Shown here: positions 29,222 through 39,460 of the stretch, piece by piece | Layout of the letters: the number at the start of each line of letters is the position of its first letter | Position numbering within the stretch: the stretch's first letter is position 1 | Source: Parvicellaceae bacterium | GTDB lineage: Bacteria > Bacteroidota > Bacteroidia > Flavobacteriales_D > Parvicellaceae | Assembly: GCA_045561415.1 (NCBI GenBank) | Contig: JBJKXU010000038.1 | Coordinates: forward strand, 3,003 to 67,002 | Reading direction: 5' to 3' | Length of the DNA stretch: 64,000 nucleotides | Translations under genes and position numbers: made by a program | Notes under the pieces: model-generated | The model's input: the letters and a program-made list of their open reading frames with translations, nothing else | Told to the model about the DNA's origin: nothing | The model's database searches: none

Positions 29222-30397
29222 ATGAAAAACAGAAATCTACTACTTCCTTTATTAATTTGCTTTATTTCAATAAGCACAAAAGCTGCTCAAACCAACGTGG
29301 AAATAAATGGCACAATTAGCAATGCAACAGCACATACCGTTTATCTTCAAACATTTGAAAACGACAAGAAAAAATTATTAGATTCTACCAACGTTAATAA
29401 AAACGGAGCCTTCTCTTTTAAAATTAACGTAACCAAAAAAAACTTTTACGCCTTAAGTCTTTCAGGTACAAATGATAAAGACATCGCTCTTTTAATCCTT
29501 GACAATAAAAAAGAAAACAGCAAGATTACTTTTAATTCTAACGTAGAGAATTTTAGCACCATTTATAATGTAGAAGGAAGTCGGGAATGTGACATCATTG
29601 AATCTTACGTTAAAATTATTACTAATTATCAGCAGATAAGAAACCTAGAAACTGAAAAATTTCAAGCTGCTAAAGACCAGCTAATAAAAAAGACAAGTCA
29701 AAAAAAAATAGATTCAATTGATCAAAATTTCAAAAAAATTAGAAATGAATTTATAGCAAAAAATCAATATTCATTAGCTATAATTATTACCGCTAGCTCC
29801 CTAAATCCTCAACAAGATTTAGCTCAATATCAAAAAATAAGAGATGGCTTACTCAAATCAGCTCCTGAATCAGATTATCAAATTGCATTTTCTAAGCAAG
29901 TAACCCAAATAGAAAACCAACTTGCTGAACAAAAAAAACAAGAACAAGAAAAAGAAGCATTAAAAAACTTGACAGCAATTGGCAGCTTAGCTCCAGAGCT
30001 AAATTTTAACAATCCTGAAGGAAAACTTATTACTCTTAAATCGTTAAGGGGGAATTATGTCTTAATAGATTTTTGGGCCTCATGGTGTAAGCCCTGTAGA
30101 ATGGAGAACCCAAATGTTGTTAAGCTTTACAACCAATACAAAGAAAAGGGATTTACAGTCTATAGCGTTTCTCTTGACAACAGTGTTGAACGTTGGAAAG
30201 CAGCAATAAAACAAGATGGACTATCCTGGGAAAACCATGTAAGTGATTTGAAACAATGGAGAACAGAAGCCACAAAAATTTATGGCTTTAGAGGTATTCC
30301 TTATACTGTTTTATTGGATAAAGAAGGGAAAATAATTGCTAAAAACTTAAGGGGCCAAGCGCTAGAAAAAAAATTAGCGGAAATATTCGAAAATTAA
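29222..30397 (+). CDS. TlpA-family thiol:disulfide oxidoreductase, tandem paralogue
   Basis: Has a signal peptide, the active site DFWASWCKPCRMENP, and the same domain order as the upstream gene. Confidence 0.8.
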   Translation: MKNRNLLLPLLICFISISTKAAQTNVEINGTISNATAHTVYLQTFENDKKKLLDSTNVNKNGAFSFKINVTKKNFYALSLSGTNDKDIALLILDNKKENSKITFNSNVENFSTIYNVEGSRECDIIESYVKIITNYQQIRNLETEKFQAAKDQLIKKTSQKKIDSIDQNFKKIRNEFIAKNQYSLAIIITASSLNPQQDLAQYQKIRDGLLKSAPESDYQIAFSKQVTQIENQLAEQKKQEQEKEALKNLTAIGSLAPELNFNNPEGKLITLKSLRGNYVLIDFWASWCKPCRMENPNVVKLYNQYKEKGFTVYSVSLDNSVERWKAAIKQDGLSWENHVSDLKQWRTEATKIYGFRGIPYTVLLDKEGKIIAKNLRGQALEKKLAEIFEN

Positions 30398-30426
30398 TTC
30401 CTACTTCTTTTTTGCAAGTCATTTAG

Positions 30427-33400
30427 ATGAAAAAAATTTTAATTCTATTTTTTTTATGTTGCTGCATTCAGCAGAACTATTATTTGCAGGAAAATTATTT
30501 TCAGCAAGAAGTAAATACTACAATTGATGTATCGCTAAATGATAAAAAGCATGAATTATCGGCATTTGAAACGATAGAGTATTTTAATCACTCAAATGAT
30601 GGTTTAGATTCTATACTATTTCATTTATGGCCCAATGCCTATAAAAACATTAACACCGCACTTGCAAAACATGATTTAGAAAATGGAGAAGTTGATTTTA
30701 GGTTCTCAGCCTCGAATGAAAAAGGTTTCATTGACTCTTTAGACTTTAGATCATCCAATCAACAATTAAATTGGACATTTTATAAAAACCACATTGATGT
30801 TGCAGTAGTATATCTAAATAAAACACTTCTACCTGGTGAAAAAATTACTATTACTACTCCATTTAAAGTAAAAATACCCTTAGGCATATTTTCAAGACTT
30901 GGTCACATAGGCGATTCCTACCAAATTACTCAATGGTTTCCTAAGCCAGCTGTTTATGATAAGGATGGATGGCATCCTCTACCCTACCTTAGTCAAGGAG
31001 AGTTTTATTCTGAATTTGGGACATATGATGTGAAAATTACTTTACCTGAAAATTATGTTTTAGGTGCAACTGGAGATCTTGTTAATGGAGAAGATGAATT
31101 AAAATTTTTAATGAATAAGGTAAATCAAACAAAACAGCTAATGGCTAATCCCGACTCCATTAAAGATGATTTGACATTCCCCAAAAGCAGTAAGAAAACA
31201 AAAACGCTTCATTTTCATCAAGAAAACGTACACGACTTTGCTTGGTTTGCAGACAAAAGATACCATGTACTCAAAGGAGAAGTTGAACTCCCCTATAGCA
31301 AGAGAAAAGTGGATACATGGGCAATGTTCACCAACAATGAATTTGATTTATGGGAAAATGCAATTGAATACATTAATGCTGCCACTTATAACTATTCGCT
31401 TTGGGTAGGAGAATATCCGTATAATCATGTTACTGCTGTAGATGGCTACATTAGTGCTGGAGGAGGCATGGAATACCCGAACATTACTGTAATTGGGGAA
31501 TCTTACAATGATTATTCACATGATTTAGTAATCACCCATGAGGTGGGACACAATTGGTTTTATGGAATTTTAGGTTCTAATGAACGAGAAAATGCTTGGA
31601 TGGATGAGGGAATAAACTCTTATTTCGAAAACAGACACATGGAAAGTAGGTATCCATTAAAAAACTCAACGAATAATACTCTTTTAAACTCCTTAAATTT
31701 AAATGGTAAATCCATGATGCAGCTGGGCTACCAATTCAATGCCTCTAGAAATAATGATGAGCCCATTCAAATGGGAGCTAATAAATATTCATCAATGAAC
31801 TATGGCGTTATCGTTTATGGCAAAACAGGAATTGGGTTTAATTATCTAAAGGAATATTTAGGGGACTCCATATTTGATAGTGCTATGAAAATGTATTATC
31901 AAAATTGGAAATTCAAGCATCCTCAACCCAAAGATTTAGAAAAAATATTTAACAACTCTTCATCTGAAAATCTAAGCTGGTTTTTTGAAGACTTTATAAA
32001 ATCAACAAAAAAAATTGACTATAAAATTCAACATGTTAGCAGAAAAAATGCAACTACTTATCATATAAAACTTAAAAATAAAACAGGATTTCCTGCTCCA
32101 ATTGCAGTAACAGGCATAAACAACAAAGACAGTACCATTACTTTTTCAAAATGGATTACTGGATTCAAAAAAGACACCCTATTTACTATTAAAACCAAAG
32201 AAGAATTAAGCAATTTCCAGTTGAATTATAACAACATATCCACTGATATTAATACGTCTAATAATTTTAGTAGAACAAAAGGGTTATTCAAAAAAGTAGC
32301 CCCAATAAAATTAAAACTTCTTGCTGGAATCGAAAGCCCATCTCATACAAACATCTATTTTTCTCCGCTTTTGGGATGGAATAATTATGACCGGTTAATG
32401 CCAGGGATAGCAGTATACAACTCTTTGATATTAGAAAAAAAGCTTGAATGGGGAATTCATCCTATGTATAGTACATCAAATAAAAGCTTGGTAGGAACTG
32501 GATCAATAAATTATCAGCTTTATCCTGAAAAATTATTTTCTAGAGTAAGTATTGGCTATAGCTTAAATACTTTTTTTCATCAACCTGTTGTTGCTAATGA
32601 TAGGTGGATGAAAAATGAACTGTTTGCCCATTTTAAATTCAAATCTAAAAACATAAGAACTTCTGCAGCTCAATCTATCCAAATAAAAACTATTAGAATT
32701 GATGACAACATATTTTCTGGTAATTTTACCTATCCACTTGAGAGCTTGCCACAAACTTCCTATTTCAATGTAATAGAGTACCAACTTAAAAACAAGCAGT
32801 TTTTAACTCCAAAAGGAGTTAACATCAAATACATTCAAGGTTTTAGGCAAGACCAAGCCCTAATAAGTTCGCTCCAGCTAACTGCTAATTATAGAATAAA
32901 TTACAACAAGAAATTAAATGGGTTTGAATTGAGATTTTTTGGAGGATATAATTTCTTTAGTTCAAGTTCTAGATATAATTTTTTGATGAGAGGTCAAGAT
33001 GGATATCATGATTACCTATATGAAAGAACTTATTTAGGCAGAAATACTGGGTTCCCAAATATGTTATTTCAGCAAAGTTCTAACAGCCATGGTGCTTTTA
33101 AAATTAATACCGCAATAGGCAGGCCTGAGAAATGGCTAATAGCAACAAATCTAAAGCTTGAAATACCAAAAATTCCTATTGGTTTATTTTCTGATTTGGG
33201 AGTATTTCCCAACTATGAAGTGTTTTACAACCCATCAACTGGGAGCACAGAGGAATCCAAAACTATAGCACCTATGCTTAATGCTGGTTTTTACTTTTCA
33301 ATTAAAGCCAACAACAAAGCGTTTTTGAGTGTGTATTTCCCTTTGTTATATAGCCAAAACATAAAAACATCAGCAGTTTACTCAGCTGTAAACAGCATAA

Positions 33401-33489
33401 AAGACTTGGATTTTCTGCAAAAGATTACCTTTGTAATTGCTTTAGACAACATTAATCCTAGAAATTTAATAAAAGATTTTGGACCATAA
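30427..33489 (+). CDS. M1-family zinc metallopeptidase with a roughly 450-aa beta-rich C-terminal extension
   Basis: The gluzincin motif HEVGHNWFYG is followed by WMDEGINSY, and a GGGMEYPN variant of GxMEN is present. A signal peptide is present. The C-terminal half has Omp85-like strand patterns (see findings). Confidence 0.8.
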   Translation: MKKILILFFLCCCIQQNYYLQENYFQQEVNTTIDVSLNDKKHELSAFETIEYFNHSNDGLDSILFHLWPNAYKNINTALAKHDLENGEVDFRFSASNEKGFIDSLDFRSSNQQLNWTFYKNHIDVAVVYLNKTLLPGEKITITTPFKVKIPLGIFSRLGHIGDSYQITQWFPKPAVYDKDGWHPLPYLSQGEFYSEFGTYDVKITLPENYVLGATGDLVNGEDELKFLMNKVNQTKQLMANPDSIKDDLTFPKSSKKTKTLHFHQENVHDFAWFADKRYHVLKGEVELPYSKRKVDTWAMFTNNEFDLWENAIEYINAATYNYSLWVGEYPYNHVTAVDGYISAGGGMEYPNITVIGESYNDYSHDLVITHEVGHNWFYGILGSNERENAWMDEGINSYFENRHMESRYPLKNSTNNTLLNSLNLNGKSMMQLGYQFNASRNNDEPIQMGANKYSSMNYGVIVYGKTGIGFNYLKEYLGDSIFDSAMKMYYQNWKFKHPQPKDLEKIFNNSSSENLSWFFEDFIKSTKKIDYKIQHVSRKNATTYHIKLKNKTGFPAPIAVTGINNKDSTITFSKWITGFKKDTLFTIKTKEELSNFQLNYNNISTDINTSNNFSRTKGLFKKVAPIKLKLLAGIESPSHTNIYFSPLLGWNNYDRLMPGIAVYNSLILEKKLEWGIHPMYSTSNKSLVGTGSINYQLYPEKLFSRVSIGYSLNTFFHQPVVANDRWMKNELFAHFKFKSKNIRTSAAQSIQIKTIRIDDNIFSGNFTYPLESLPQTSYFNVIEYQLKNKQFLTPKGVNIKYIQGFRQDQALISSLQLTANYRINYNKKLNGFELRFFGGYNFFSSSSRYNFLMRGQDGYHDYLYERTYLGRNTGFPNMLFQQSSNSHGAFKINTAIGRPEKWLIATNLKLEIPKIPIGLFSDLGVFPNYEVFYNPSTGSTEESKTIAPMLNAGFYFSIKANNKAFLSVYFPLLYSQNIKTSAVYSAVNSIKDLDFLQKITFVIALDNINPRNLIKDFGP

Positions 33490-34234
33490 TAAAGAAAATA
33501 AAATCATCTATTTTGCTTCTGATTTTCATTTAGGCGTTCCATCAGCACAAGAAAGCTTAAAAAGAGAAAAGAAATTGGTGGCTTGGCTGAACATGATTGC
33601 CAAAGATGCTACAGATGTGTTTTTAATGGGGGATTTATTTGATTTCTGGTTTGAATACAAATTCACAATACCTAAAGGATTCACACGATTTCTTGGAAAA
33701 TTAGCAGAGCTCTCTGACCAAGGGATACACATTCATATTTTCACAGGAAATCATGACATGTGGATGTTCGACTACTTAGAAAAAGAATTAGGCGTTAAAA
33801 TCATTAGACAACCTACAGACTTTATCTTTAATGGAAAATCATTTCATATTGCACATGGTGATGGTCTAGGTCCAGGGGATTACATGTATAAATTTATTAA
33901 AAAGGTATTTTCCAATAAATTTTGCCAATGGCTTTTCGCAAGAATCCATCCAAATTTAAGTTTTAGGATTGCAAATTATTGGTCAAATAAAAGCAGAGAA
34001 AATGAAGGTGAATCTCCCAAGTTCCTTGGTGAGCAAAAGGAGTGGCTTATACAATATAGCAAAGAGCTACTTTTAAATAATAATTATGATTTTTTTGTTT
34101 TTGGACATCGACACCTTCCAATTGAACACCAACTTAATACTAAATCTACGTACATAAACCTTGGAGATTGGATTGAGTTCTTCACTTACGCTAAATTTGA
34201 AGGAGAAAACATCGCTCTCTTAACTTATAAATAA
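33479..34234 (+). CDS. lpxH: UDP-2,3-diacylglucosamine diphosphatase
   Basis: Calcineurin-like motifs YFASDFHLG, GDLFDFWFEY, GNHDMW and GHRH. The start appears to be the TTG at 33479, overlapping the upstream stop; the exact start is uncertain. Confidence 0.85.
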   Translation: MDHNKENKIIYFASDFHLGVPSAQESLKREKKLVAWLNMIAKDATDVFLMGDLFDFWFEYKFTIPKGFTRFLGKLAELSDQGIHIHIFTGNHDMWMFDYLEKELGVKIIRQPTDFIFNGKSFHIAHGDGLGPGDYMYKFIKKVFSNKFCQWLFARIHPNLSFRIANYWSNKSRENEGESPKFLGEQKEWLIQYSKELLLNNNYDFFVFGHRHLPIEHQLNTKSTYINLGDWIEFFTYAKFEGENIALLTYK

Positions 34235-34235
34235 A

Positions 34236-35240
34236 TTAGCCAACTTTTCTAATTAGATCTATTAACCTATTAGAATATCCTGCCTCATTATCATACCACC
34301 CAATAACTCTTATTGTAGAACCATTTACAGCTGTTAAAGCTGAATCTATAACACAAGAGGATGGATTTCCAATTACATCATTAGAGACTATAGGGTCAGA
34401 TGTATAAGACATGTATGGTGAAAGTTCACCATTAGATGAGGCTTTGTAAAAAAGATCATTAATCTTTTCAATGGAGCTGGGCTTATTAACAACACATATA
34501 ATGTCGGTTAAAGAGCCATTTAAAACTGGAACTCTAATGCCACTTCCTTTTAATTTGCCAGAAAGTTCAGGGAAAATTTTACTTATTGCTTTAGCAGCAC
34601 CTGTTGTTGTAGGAATAATTGACTTTGCAGCAGCTCTTGCCCTTCTTAAATCTTTATGAGGAGCATCATGAATATTTTGATCACCAGTGTAAGCGTGTGT
34701 AGTAGTAATGTATCCACTATCAATACCAAAATTTTCATGTATAAGCTTAACCATAGGAGCAGCACAATTGGTGGTACAAGAAGCATTGCTAATAATGTTT
34801 TCTGTTCCATCCAATATATGGTCATTAACTCCTAAAACAACAGTCTTAACATCATCACCAAGAGCAGGTGCAGAAATAATAACCTTTTTAGCACCAGCCT
34901 TAATGTGAAGGTTTGCTAGGGATTTTGTTCTAAAAAAACCTGTAGATTCAACAACAACATCCACGCCTAAATTATTCCAAGGTAAATTTTCTGGATTCTT
35001 TTCACTACATACTTTAATGGCTTTCCCATCAATGTATATGTGGTCTTGATCACTTTTAACCACATGATTAAAAACACCATGAACAGAGTCATATTTAAGT
35101 AAATGTGCTAAGGTTGCTGTATCTACCAAGTCATTTATGGCTACAAGCTCAATATTTTCAAATGATGACTCGGTTAAAAATCTAGTAAAAACCCTCCCTA
35201 TTCTTCCGAAACCATTTACAGCAACTTTTATATTTTTCAT
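34236..35240 (-). CDS. gap: Type I glyceraldehyde-3-phosphate dehydrogenase
   Basis: Contains NGFGRIGR and the catalytic SNASCTTNC. Length is 334 aa. Confidence 0.95.
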   Translation of the reverse strand: MKNIKVAVNGFGRIGRVFTRFLTESSFENIELVAINDLVDTATLAHLLKYDSVHGVFNHVVKSDQDHIYIDGKAIKVCSEKNPENLPWNNLGVDVVVESTGFFRTKSLANLHIKAGAKKVIISAPALGDDVKTVVLGVNDHILDGTENIISNASCTTNCAAPMVKLIHENFGIDSGYITTTHAYTGDQNIHDAPHKDLRRARAAAKSIIPTTTGAAKAISKIFPELSGKLKGSGIRVPVLNGSLTDIICVVNKPSSIEKINDLFYKASSNGELSPYMSYTSDPIVSNDVIGNPSSCVIDSALTAVNGSTIRVIGWYDNEAGYSNRLIDLIRKVG

Positions 35241-35271
35241 AACTAATAATGTTAACTAAAAATACTCACTT

Positions 35272-35309
35272 AAAAAAAAAAGCCTCAACTTTTGTTAAGG
35301 CTTTTTTTA
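35272..35309 (-). terminator. Intrinsic terminator downstream of the T9SS cargo gene
   Basis: The AGCCTTAAC / GTTGAGGCT hairpin (one mismatch, 4-nt loop) is flanked by A9 and T7 runs. On the minus strand the stem is followed by a T9 run. Confidence 0.6.
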
Positions 35310-35326
35310 AAACTATTAATGACTAA

Positions 35327-38300
35327 TTAATATTTAACAAATTTAGCCACTTTATTAAATCCAGCAGATTCAACAACTCCAAAATATGTTCCGATAGGAA
35401 ATTTAGAACAATTGAAATCCATAGTGTGTGTTCCTGGCGACATGTTTTTCCAAGTTATAGAACGTATTACTTTACCAGTAAGATCATAAATGTTAAAACT
35501 CACATCAGATTGAATAGTTAAATCAAATCTAACCTTACCTTCCTCGACCATTGGATTTGGAAACACCTCTAAAGCATCAATAGGAAGTGAATTAGCAGCT
35601 TCAATAGGTTGAATTTCTTGTGTACTAAGCACATCGTCAGATCTCCAGATACCTCTTGCATGAGTTCCTAGGTAAATTGCACCGGGATTATTCACATAAC
35701 CAGATTCCCAATCTCTCCATTGCTGACGAACATCGAAGACAGGAATAGGTCCGATTTCTTCGTTGTGAGCGGTCCATGAAGCACTAGATGAAGGGTTATC
35801 AGTACTGTAAACACCATACTCTGTTCCTACTATAATAACATCAGTTGAAGGGTCTCTTTCAACAACACATCCAAATACTGGCATGTTAGGAAGGTTACCG
35901 TCAATTGAACTAAAGTTAGGAGATGCAGATCCTGCATCAGTACAGTACCAAACTTGTGTACCACCAGTTCCACCAGTTACAACACAAACGTTGTTAGGAT
36001 TTGATGGATCAACACAGATGTCTGTTATTACCCCTCCAAAACTGTTGGCAATTTTAACAACATGCAATTGATATTCAACAGCTGAACCATCCATATTAGA
36101 ATACAAATGACCATCAGTATCAAAGTTTATATTATCAAGCGCTGTTCCAGTAATTGTATCGCCATTAGAAAGCTCAATTAGAGAATCTAAACCTACATTA
36201 GAAGATGCTGATGGACGATATGAGTAATCTGCAGAAGCAAAAGAATAAGCACTGTCTAAACCAGAAACTCTTACAATTTCACCATTTGAAGAACCTACCC
36301 AAAGCCAATTTCCATCCTTCGAAAAATCATAGCTATGTGCACTACTATTCATAAATGGAGAACCTAAATTAAATAATCTCCACCACTCTGGGTTTACTGT
36401 AAACCTCATCATATCTCTGGTAACATAGATACTTCCTTCCCCTTGAGTAGCAAATAAAGACTGCTTGTAATCAGGAAGATTAATAGTGTCTTGAGCTATA
36501 GGGTTGTAAAGATATGGAACACCTCCAGGAATAGTATCAAAATTTGGAAGTACTGAATCGGTTGTAGGAATAACAGTGTCATAGGTAACAAGTAAATCTT
36601 GATCTAAGGTATACTGCATAGCAATATCAAAAGATTGACTGTAATAGGTAACTTCATCACCCGCTTGCATGGATTGAGTTGGAATGTATTGAACAGAATC
36701 TTGAGTATCCATGTCCATTCCATCTTCAAACAATCTTACTGAGTTGTAAAATGGCCCACAACCAGAACCTAAACCAGGAGCAGAAGAACAAGGAGCATTA
36801 GCAGATTGCCAATTTAATCCCCTATCATTTGATCGCTCAATTACTCCGTTATAAATAGTAGAAATAATAGCTTCACTACTTAAATAAGAAATCTCACACT
36901 CGAAACCATCTCCTCCATTAACTTCTCTAAATTCAAGTGGGCTAATTCCAGTATGGTCATTTAGTTGCGTACCATTATCCTGAGCACCTCCCATAACAGA
37001 GCCATCTCCTCCGTAAGCAATACCATAAAACTGAGTAACATTGTATCCTTTGTTAACAACAGAAAACAAGCCGATATAATTGTTGAGATTTGTAGTTTGA
37101 ACACCGCCATCATTACCAACATACATTTTACCTTGAGAATTAAAAGTTATTCTATGGTTGTCTGCATGAATGTAAAATGGGCTTTGCGGATTAGCAGCCC
37201 AATTAGAAACCACTTCCCACTGGCCATTATCACAGCTACTGCCCGGTGTATGCGTCCAAGTCCATAAATCAATTCCACCTAAAATACAACCATCTTCTGA
37301 TGGATGTGCTGCGATTACACAATCGTATAATCCTTGTGAATTATCACCAAATGGAGCAAAACCGGTTGTAGATGATGGACCAATCTGACACCAGTTAGAA
37401 CCATTATCAGTTGAACGATAAACACCTTTTAATGAGCCACTAGAAGTAACCAATGCGCAATATAAAGAATACTCTCCATTAGCGTTCTTGTAGGTAGAAA
37501 TTGCATATTCAGATCTACCAGCACCACTACCAACAATCTGACCATTAGAATGTAAATCTGTCCAAGTTGAGCCACCATCTTGGCTAACCCAAGTTCTTTG
37601 GCCACCTTGAGCAACGCCTGTAATGATTACTTGACCATCATTAGATACCTTAACATCTCCAGTTGTAGTAGTTGGCACGCCTGTAACAGCTACAGGAGCT
37701 CCCAAATCAGTAATTTTTTTAACTCCTTGAGAAGATCCAGAATAGTAAACAGCATTATCCTCTGAATAATCAGCAACAACTTTAGTTATGTCCATATTGT
37801 TAGTCCCTGAAATTTGTTGAAATGTAAGACCATCATCAGTACTGTACCATATACCATCTCCATCAGAAACTCCTGAGCCTTCAAAAGACAAACCGCCTTC
37901 GAAAACACCACCACCAGTAGCTATATAAATAGTACCGTTAGTGGTAATTGCAATAGAAGAAATGGATATGGAACCATTTCCGGTAACACTGCTATTAACA
38001 GCAGCATCAAAACCGTCAACTTTATTCCAAGAATTTCCAGCATTGGTACTTACAAACAAACCACCAGTAACACTTCCTGCATAAATAACGTCATCATTAC
38101 TCGGATGAACAGCAAGTCCTCTTGTTCTACCACCAACATTATCAGGGCCTTCTTCAACAAAAGTAAAAGCTCCAGCTTTCTGCATCATTAAATTTAATGC
38201 TTGCTGCTTAGCAATTCTAAGCTGTTGGTAATCAACTTCACCAGTTGCTTCATCTTTGTATAAAGAATGAAGTAACTCAGCAGCATCATTCCAAGATTTA

Positions 38301-38437
38301 GCCTTAACATTTGAAGCTAGCTCAGTGGTTTTATATGAACGAGAAACATTTTTAGTCTCAGAAAAATATCCGGCAAAAAATAAAATTCCGCAGGGTATTA
38401 GTAATAAAGAAGAAATTAATAGTGATGATTTTTTCAT
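35327..38437 (-). CDS. BNR/Asp-box repeat beta-propeller protein (sortilin/VPS10- or GH74-like) with T9SS type A sorting domain
   Basis: Has a signal peptide. Asp-box motifs are STNAGNSWNKV, STDDGLTFQ, SQDGGSTWTD, STDNGSNWCQ and SNDRGLNWQS. The C-terminal LEVFPNPMVEEGKVRFDL...FNIYDLTGKVI...GTYFGVVES...KFVKY is typical of a T9SS CTD. Confidence 0.8.
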   Translation of the reverse strand: MKKSSLLISSLLLIPCGILFFAGYFSETKNVSRSYKTTELASNVKAKSWNDAAELLHSLYKDEATGEVDYQQLRIAKQQALNLMMQKAGAFTFVEEGPDNVGGRTRGLAVHPSNDDVIYAGSVTGGLFVSTNAGNSWNKVDGFDAAVNSSVTGNGSISISSIAITTNGTIYIATGGGVFEGGLSFEGSGVSDGDGIWYSTDDGLTFQQISGTNNMDITKVVADYSEDNAVYYSGSSQGVKKITDLGAPVAVTGVPTTTTGDVKVSNDGQVIITGVAQGGQRTWVSQDGGSTWTDLHSNGQIVGSGAGRSEYAISTYKNANGEYSLYCALVTSSGSLKGVYRSTDNGSNWCQIGPSSTTGFAPFGDNSQGLYDCVIAAHPSEDGCILGGIDLWTWTHTPGSSCDNGQWEVVSNWAANPQSPFYIHADNHRITFNSQGKMYVGNDGGVQTTNLNNYIGLFSVVNKGYNVTQFYGIAYGGDGSVMGGAQDNGTQLNDHTGISPLEFREVNGGDGFECEISYLSSEAIISTIYNGVIERSNDRGLNWQSANAPCSSAPGLGSGCGPFYNSVRLFEDGMDMDTQDSVQYIPTQSMQAGDEVTYYSQSFDIAMQYTLDQDLLVTYDTVIPTTDSVLPNFDTIPGGVPYLYNPIAQDTINLPDYKQSLFATQGEGSIYVTRDMMRFTVNPEWWRLFNLGSPFMNSSAHSYDFSKDGNWLWVGSSNGEIVRVSGLDSAYSFASADYSYRPSASSNVGLDSLIELSNGDTITGTALDNINFDTDGHLYSNMDGSAVEYQLHVVKIANSFGGVITDICVDPSNPNNVCVVTGGTGGTQVWYCTDAGSASPNFSSIDGNLPNMPVFGCVVERDPSTDVIIVGTEYGVYSTDNPSSSASWTAHNEEIGPIPVFDVRQQWRDWESGYVNNPGAIYLGTHARGIWRSDDVLSTQEIQPIEAANSLPIDALEVFPNPMVEEGKVRFDLTIQSDVSFNIYDLTGKVIRSITWKNMSPGTHTMDFNCSKFPIGTYFGVVESAGFNKVAKFVKY

Positions 38438-38577
38438 AGTCTTTACAGATTATATCTTTAATAATTTAAGCAACCGAATTTACAAATAATACGGTAAATA
38501 ATAATTTAGTTTAATAGTTTTTTTAGCTGAAAGTTAATAAAAGGTTGTTTTTAAAAGAAAACGGTATATGAGAATTA

Positions 38578-39450
38578 CTAAATCATATGTTTTTCAGCAT
38601 GGTAGCTTGACCTAACAAGAGGTCCAGATTCCACATAATCAAAGCCCATTTTTAAACCTATTTCCTTATATAATTCAAATTTCTCAGGGGTGATAAATTC
38701 TTCTACTGGATGATGCTTAGGAGTGGGTTGCAAATACTGTCCTAAAGTAATTACATCAACATTAACCATTCTTAAGTCCTCCAAAGTTTCCAAAATTTCT
38801 TCGTGAGTTTCTCCCAAACCAAGCATAATTCCTGACTTAGTTCTCATATTTGCTTGTTTAAGTCGAAGAAGGAGTTCTAAACTTCTATCATATTTAGCCT
38901 GGACCCTTATTGCTTTGGTCAACCTTCTTACGGTTTCCATGTTATGAGAAACAATTTCAGGAGCAACATCAATGACTTTTTGTAAATTTTCCCATTTACC
39001 AGCAAAATCAGGAATTAACGTCTCTAAGGTTGTTCCTGGTGACTTCCTTCTAATCGCACGAACAGTCATTGCCCATATTTCAGCACCACCATCCTTGATA
39101 TCATCTCTATCAACAGATGTAATCACTGCATGCTTAACATCCATTAGCTTTACTGAATTAGCTACTCTAGCGGGTTCAAACTCATCAGGAGCATCTGGCT
39201 TTCCTGTTGATACCGCACAGAATCCACAAGAACGTGTACATACATTACCAAGAATCATAAAAGTAGCAGTACCTGCACCCCAACATTCACCCATGTTTGG
39301 GCAACTACCACTCTCACAGATTGTATGAAGCTTATGTTCAGAGACAAGATTTCTTACTTTCTTAAACTCTTCACCTGTTGGCAATTTAACCTTAAGCCAA
39401 GAAGGCTTTTTAGTTCTCTTCTTTATTTCTAAAGTAGACGCTTTATTCAT
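38578..39450 (-). CDS. lipA: Lipoyl synthase
   Basis: Fe-S motifs [12 protein letters not shown] and CTRSCGFC. The ATG at 39450 avoids overlap with the upstream gene. Confidence 0.95.
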   Translation of the reverse strand: MNKASTLEIKKRTKKPSWLKVKLPTGEEFKKVRNLVSEHKLHTICESGSCPNMGECWGAGTATFMILGNVCTRSCGFCAVSTGKPDAPDEFEPARVANSVKLMDVKHAVITSVDRDDIKDGGAEIWAMTVRAIRRKSPGTTLETLIPDFAGKWENLQKVIDVAPEIVSHNMETVRRLTKAIRVQAKYDRSLELLLRLKQANMRTKSGIMLGLGETHEEILETLEDLRMVNVDVITLGQYLQPTPKHHPVEEFITPEKFELYKEIGLKMGFDYVESGPLVRSSYHAEKHMI

Positions 39451-39460
39451 ATATGCAATA

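Noticed and set aside
38972-39328. A 118-aa ORF antisense to lipA.
   Set aside because: It lies entirely within lipA, whose Fe-S motifs fix the real frame. There is no independent start context or recognisable domain.
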